Assembly: GCA_049966395.1 (NCBI GenBank)
Contig: JBMFUT010000012.1
Coordinates: forward strand, 1-20,128
Reading direction: 5' to 3'
DNA: 20,128 bases
Source: Candidatus Micrarchaeia archaeon
GTDB taxonomy: Archaea > Micrarchaeota > Micrarchaeia > Micrarchaeales > CABMGC01
The translations under genes and the position numbers were made by a program. Shown here piece by piece: positions 16,792 through 20,128 of the stretch. Every line of letters begins with the position of its first letter. The stretch's first letter is position 1. Under the pieces are notes generated by a model. It did no database searches, had not been told where the DNA came from, and saw nothing but the letters and a program-made list of their open reading frames with translations.

Positions 16792-19437
16792 ATGGATGAG
16801 GTTTACATGTTCGACGAAGCTGCAAAGCTTCACATGGGAAAAGCTGAACTGGGAGGAAAGGGCTACGGCCTGGTAGAAATGACAAGAATAGGGCTCCCAG
16901 TGCCTGAGGGCATAATAATAACCACAAGGATGTGCAACAAATTCTTCTCAGAGAAGAAGCTATGGCCGAGCATAAGGCAAAGAATACTTGCAAAGATGCG
17001 CACTTTGGAAAGCAAAACAGGAAGGAATTTCGGCGACCCCAAGAACCCTCTTCTTGTTTCCGTCAGGTCCGGCGCGCCGCTTTCAATGCCTGGCATGATG
17101 GACACAGTGCTCAACCTCGGCATAAACGACGAGATTGCAGAATCGATGGCAAGCAGGCTAGGCAGCAAATTCGCCTTTGATACCTACAGAAGGTTCATGC
17201 AGCTCTTTGGTTCTATAGTGCTAAAAATAGACCGCGCCAAGTTCGAGGCAGTGCTTGAAAAAGTGAAGAGCAGAAAGGGCATAAAGAACGACAGCGACCT
17301 GAGCGGAGACGATTTGAGAAGCATAGCCAGCAGCTACAAGGCTCTTGTCGAAGAGGAAACCGGGAAAAAGCTGGAGCAGGATCCAGAAAAGCAGCTGTTC
17401 ATGGCTATACAGGCTGTCTTCGAGTCGTGGTGGAACAAAAGGGCATCTGAATACAGGAAAATCTACAACATACCTGATTCGCTGGGCACCGCAGTAAGCA
17501 TAGTGAGGATGGTCTACGGCAACTACAACGCGAATTCGGGCACGGGCGTGGCATTTACAAGAGATCCCTCCACAGGCGAGAAGTCGCTGTATGCGGAAGT
17601 GCTGCTCAACGCGCAGGGCGAGGATGTCGTTGCAGGCATAAGGACACCAATGCACGTAGACAAGATAAAGCAGCTCATGCCTAAGGTATATGTTGAACTT
17701 GAAAGATCGGCTAAGATACTTGAAAAATACTTCAAGGACATGCAGGACATAGAGTTTACTATAGAGGACGGCAGGTTCTACCTGCTGCAGACGAGGAACG
17801 GAAAGAGGACTCCTGCCGCGGCAGTGAAGATTGCCATAGACATGCTCAACGAGAAACTCATAAGCGAAAAGGACGCGCTGCTTAGGGTGGAGCCGGAACA
17901 GCTCGAGCGGCTCTTCTACAAGCAGGTCGATCAGTCCAAAAAACCAGAACCTATAGCAAAAGGCCTTCCGGCATCGCCAGGCGCAGCAAGCGGAAGAGTC
18001 GCATTTAGCATAGATGGCGCAGTAGAAGCGAAGGCAAAAGGCATACCAGTGATTATGGTAAGGCCTGAGACAACCCCTGAAGATATAAGGGGCATAGCTG
18101 CAAGCACCGGGGTGCTCACGAGCAGAGGAGGGATGACAAGCCATGCTGCAGTGGTGACAAGAGGGATGGGCAAGCCATGCATAGTAGGTGCGGAATCTAT
18201 CAAAATCAGCGCAGATGGGAAGAGCTTTACTGCAGGGAGCGTTACTGTAAAGGAAGGCGACATAATAACAATAGACGGAGGCGACGGAAGCGTGTATGTG
18301 GGCGAGGTGCCGCTTGTTGAGCCTAGGCAGACCCCTGAGATAAAGGCGCTGCTTAAGATTGCAGACAAGTATAGGAGGCTCGGCATAAGGGCGAATGCAG
18401 ACACTCTGGAGATGTTCACGAAGGCGCTTGAGAATGGCGCCGAGGGCATAGGCCTCGCAAGGACAGAAAGAATGTTCAACTCGCCAGACAGGCTCGAGCT
18501 CGTAAGGCGCATGATCCTCGCAAAGAGTAAGGAGGAGCGCCAGCTTTATCTTGCCAAGATAAAGCCCGTGCAGAAGGCCGATTTCAAGGCTATACTTGGC
18601 GCCGCAAACGGCAAGCCCGTTACAATAAGATTGCTAGACGCGCCGCTCCACGAGTTCCTCCCGAAGGCAGAAGAGCTCATACCCGAAGTGTTAAAGCTCA
18701 GGCAGAAGGGCGCTAAGAAAGAGCTAGAAGAAAAGGAGAGCATCCTCGCGGCAGTGATGCAGCTAAGGGAGGCAAATCCTATGATGGGCCAGCGCGGCGT
18801 AAGGCTAGCTCTGATGTACCCTGAAATATACGAGATGCAGGTAAGTGCCATGCTAGAGGCAGCGATAGATCTTGAGAAGCAGGGCAAGAAGGTAGAGCTG
18901 GAGATAATGGTATCGCAAGTCGCAATAGCAAACGAGCTCTTGCAAGCAAGGCAGATAATAGAAAGCACAGCTGAGCAAGTATTCAAGAGCACTGGAATGA
19001 GGATAAAGTTCAAGATAGGCACAATGATAGAGACTCCGAGGGCCACTCTGATAGCGGCGGATCTGGCAAAGTATGCTGATTTCTTCTCATTCGGCACAAA
19101 CGACCTTACTCAAGGCACATTCGCTTTCAGCAGGGACGACGCCGAGGCAAAGTTCATGCCTTTCTATATAAACAACAAGGTGCTTGAAAGCGACCCATTT
19201 GTGACGCTTGATGCCGCGGAGAGCAGGCTTGTCGAGATGTGCATAAGGGAAGGCAAATCCGCAAAGCCCTCGCTTAAGGTTGGCGTGTGCGGCGAGCACG
19301 GAGGCGACCCCAAGTCTATAAGCATATTCAATTCGGCCAATGCCGACTACGTGAGCATGTCTCCATACAGGGTGCCAGTGGCCAGACTTGCTGCAGCGCA
19401 GGCGGCTATCAAAGGCAAGGTTTCAAGCACTGCATAA
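16792..19437 (+). CDS. ppdK: Pyruvate, phosphate dikinase
   Basis: LGGKG, LLVSVRSGA..SMPGMMDTVLNLG, NAQGEDVVAG, GGMTSHAAVV (phospho-His), FSFGTNDLTQ, GVCGEHGGDP; GGTGA RBS. Confidence 0.97.
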   Translation: MDEVYMFDEAAKLHMGKAELGGKGYGLVEMTRIGLPVPEGIIITTRMCNKFFSEKKLWPSIRQRILAKMRTLESKTGRNFGDPKNPLLVSVRSGAPLSMPGMMDTVLNLGINDEIAESMASRLGSKFAFDTYRRFMQLFGSIVLKIDRAKFEAVLEKVKSRKGIKNDSDLSGDDLRSIASSYKALVEEETGKKLEQDPEKQLFMAIQAVFESWWNKRASEYRKIYNIPDSLGTAVSIVRMVYGNYNANSGTGVAFTRDPSTGEKSLYAEVLLNAQGEDVVAGIRTPMHVDKIKQLMPKVYVELERSAKILEKYFKDMQDIEFTIEDGRFYLLQTRNGKRTPAAAVKIAIDMLNEKLISEKDALLRVEPEQLERLFYKQVDQSKKPEPIAKGLPASPGAASGRVAFSIDGAVEAKAKGIPVIMVRPETTPEDIRGIAASTGVLTSRGGMTSHAAVVTRGMGKPCIVGAESIKISADGKSFTAGSVTVKEGDIITIDGGDGSVYVGEVPLVEPRQTPEIKALLKIADKYRRLGIRANADTLEMFTKALENGAEGIGLARTERMFNSPDRLELVRRMILAKSKEERQLYLAKIKPVQKADFKAILGAANGKPVTIRLLDAPLHEFLPKAEELIPEVLKLRQKGAKKELEEKESILAAVMQLREANPMMGQRGVRLALMYPEIYEMQVSAMLEAAIDLEKQGKKVELEIMVSQVAIANELLQARQIIESTAEQVFKSTGMRIKFKIGTMIETPRATLIAADLAKYADFFSFGTNDLTQGTFAFSRDDAEAKFMPFYINNKVLESDPFVTLDAAESRLVEMCIREGKSAKPSLKVGVCGEHGGDPKSISIFNSANADYVSMSPYRVPVARLAAAQAAIKGKVSSTA

Positions 19438-19442
19438 GCGAT

Positions 19443-19487
19443 ATGATGGCGTGCAAGACCAAAAAGAACAAGAAGAAGAGGCAATGA
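19443..19487 (+). CDS. Candidate Lys-rich micro-ORF (MMACKTKKNKKKRQ)
   Basis: Starts 5 nt after the ppdK stop; 7 of 14 residues are basic; no clear RBS. Confidence 0.3.
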   Translation: MMACKTKKNKKKRQ

Positions 19488-19505
19488 GCGCATATGCTCG
19501 CTCAT
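19484..19505. repeat. Inverted repeat ATGAGCG-N8-CGCTCAT overlapping the palindrome GCATATGC
   Basis: Perfect 7-bp arms; GCATATGC at 19490-19497. Confidence 0.6.
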
Positions 19506-19535
19506 GGAGTTTAGGCTACAATGCGAGGTGTTGCA

Positions 19536-20117
19536 ATGGAGTTTCTATTCGTAAGCAGGAACACAAATAAGATGAGGGAAGCCAGAGCCATACTGCGGCG
19601 CTTCGGCATATCTTTGCATGCCGCTAAAGAGCGCAAGATAGAAATACAGGACGAAAGCCTGGAAAACATAGTAAGATATGCGCTGTCGCAGATAAAACCA
19701 ACGCCAGGCAAGTGCTTCATAATAGAGGACGACGGAATTTTCATAAGCGCGCTCAACGGCTTTCCCGGGCCCTACTCGGCGCAAGTCTACTCTTCAATAG
19801 GCCTCGGCGGAGTACTAAAGCTCATGGAGAACAAGGTCGACAGAAGCGCGTCATTCAAATCTGCAGTCGGTGTTCTGATGCCAGACGGCAGCAGCCGCGT
19901 GTTTACAGGCGTCTCAAAAGGAAGCATATCAGAAGGCATAGCAAAAGGCAGGGCTTTCGGCTACGATCCTATATTCGTTCCTGAAGGAAGCAGGAAGACT
20001 TTCGCTGAAATGAGCATAGCAAAGAAATCAAAATACTCCCACAGGGGCAAGGCTTTCTCAAAGCTCGGAGAGTTCCTAAAAGGCACAGTGCTAAAATGCA
20101 AGCGGCATCCAGAGTAG
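19536..20117 (+). CDS. rdgB: Non-canonical purine NTP pyrophosphatase (RdgB/HAM1, XTP/dITP diphosphatase)
   Basis: SRNTNK, EIQ, EDDG, ALNGFPGPYS, FGYDPIF.P, KTFAEM, SHRGKA; GAGGTG RBS before ATG19536. Confidence 0.95.
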   Translation: MEFLFVSRNTNKMREARAILRRFGISLHAAKERKIEIQDESLENIVRYALSQIKPTPGKCFIIEDDGIFISALNGFPGPYSAQVYSSIGLGGVLKLMENKVDRSASFKSAVGVLMPDGSSRVFTGVSKGSISEGIAKGRAFGYDPIFVPEGSRKTFAEMSIAKKSKYSHRGKAFSKLGEFLKGTVLKCKRHPE

Positions 20118-20128
20118 CAATGGATTAA

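Noticed and set aside
17221..18144. 307-aa antisense ORF inside ppdK, and other long shadow ORFs (e.g. 13871-14581, 4889-5476, 17931-18512)
   Set aside because: They overlap well-supported genes entirely, show no motifs, and are the expected by-product of codon bias.
1..20128. CRISPR arrays, rRNA, transposases, integrases or defence genes
   Set aside because: No periodic repeats or matching ORFs are seen; nearly all of the window is accounted for by housekeeping and metabolic genes.

Overview
Archaeal genomic DNA, most consistent with a DPANN lineage such as Micrarchaeota. This is an inference from the multi-intron tRNA, archaeal ribosomal proteins, form III RuBisCO with the AMP pathway, GGTG-type ribosome-binding sites and TATA promoters. 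In order, the window holds: the tail of an unknown gene; class II lysS; a 61-nt hairpin; tRNA-Ser(GGA) with two introns (37/38 and non-canonical 59/60) leading rps13-rps4-rps11 with no rpoD; a convergent uppS-DUF2070-polyprenol kinase-like operon; enolase; a module made of an EamA transporter with an extra C-terminal domain, a divergent tandem Lrp/AsnC regulator and a candidate co-regulated small RNA or peptide; and a divergent cluster. Leftward that cluster reads small ORF, R15P isomerase, RuBisCO III, AMP phosphorylase and phosphoglycerate mutase; rightward it reads APRT, PPDK, a micro-ORF and RdgB. Together with the enolase it encodes a complete nucleotide-to-pyruvate route that could yield ATP using pyrophosphate. 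No CRISPR array, rRNA or transposase was seen. All protein calls rest on motif recognition by eye, not database searches.
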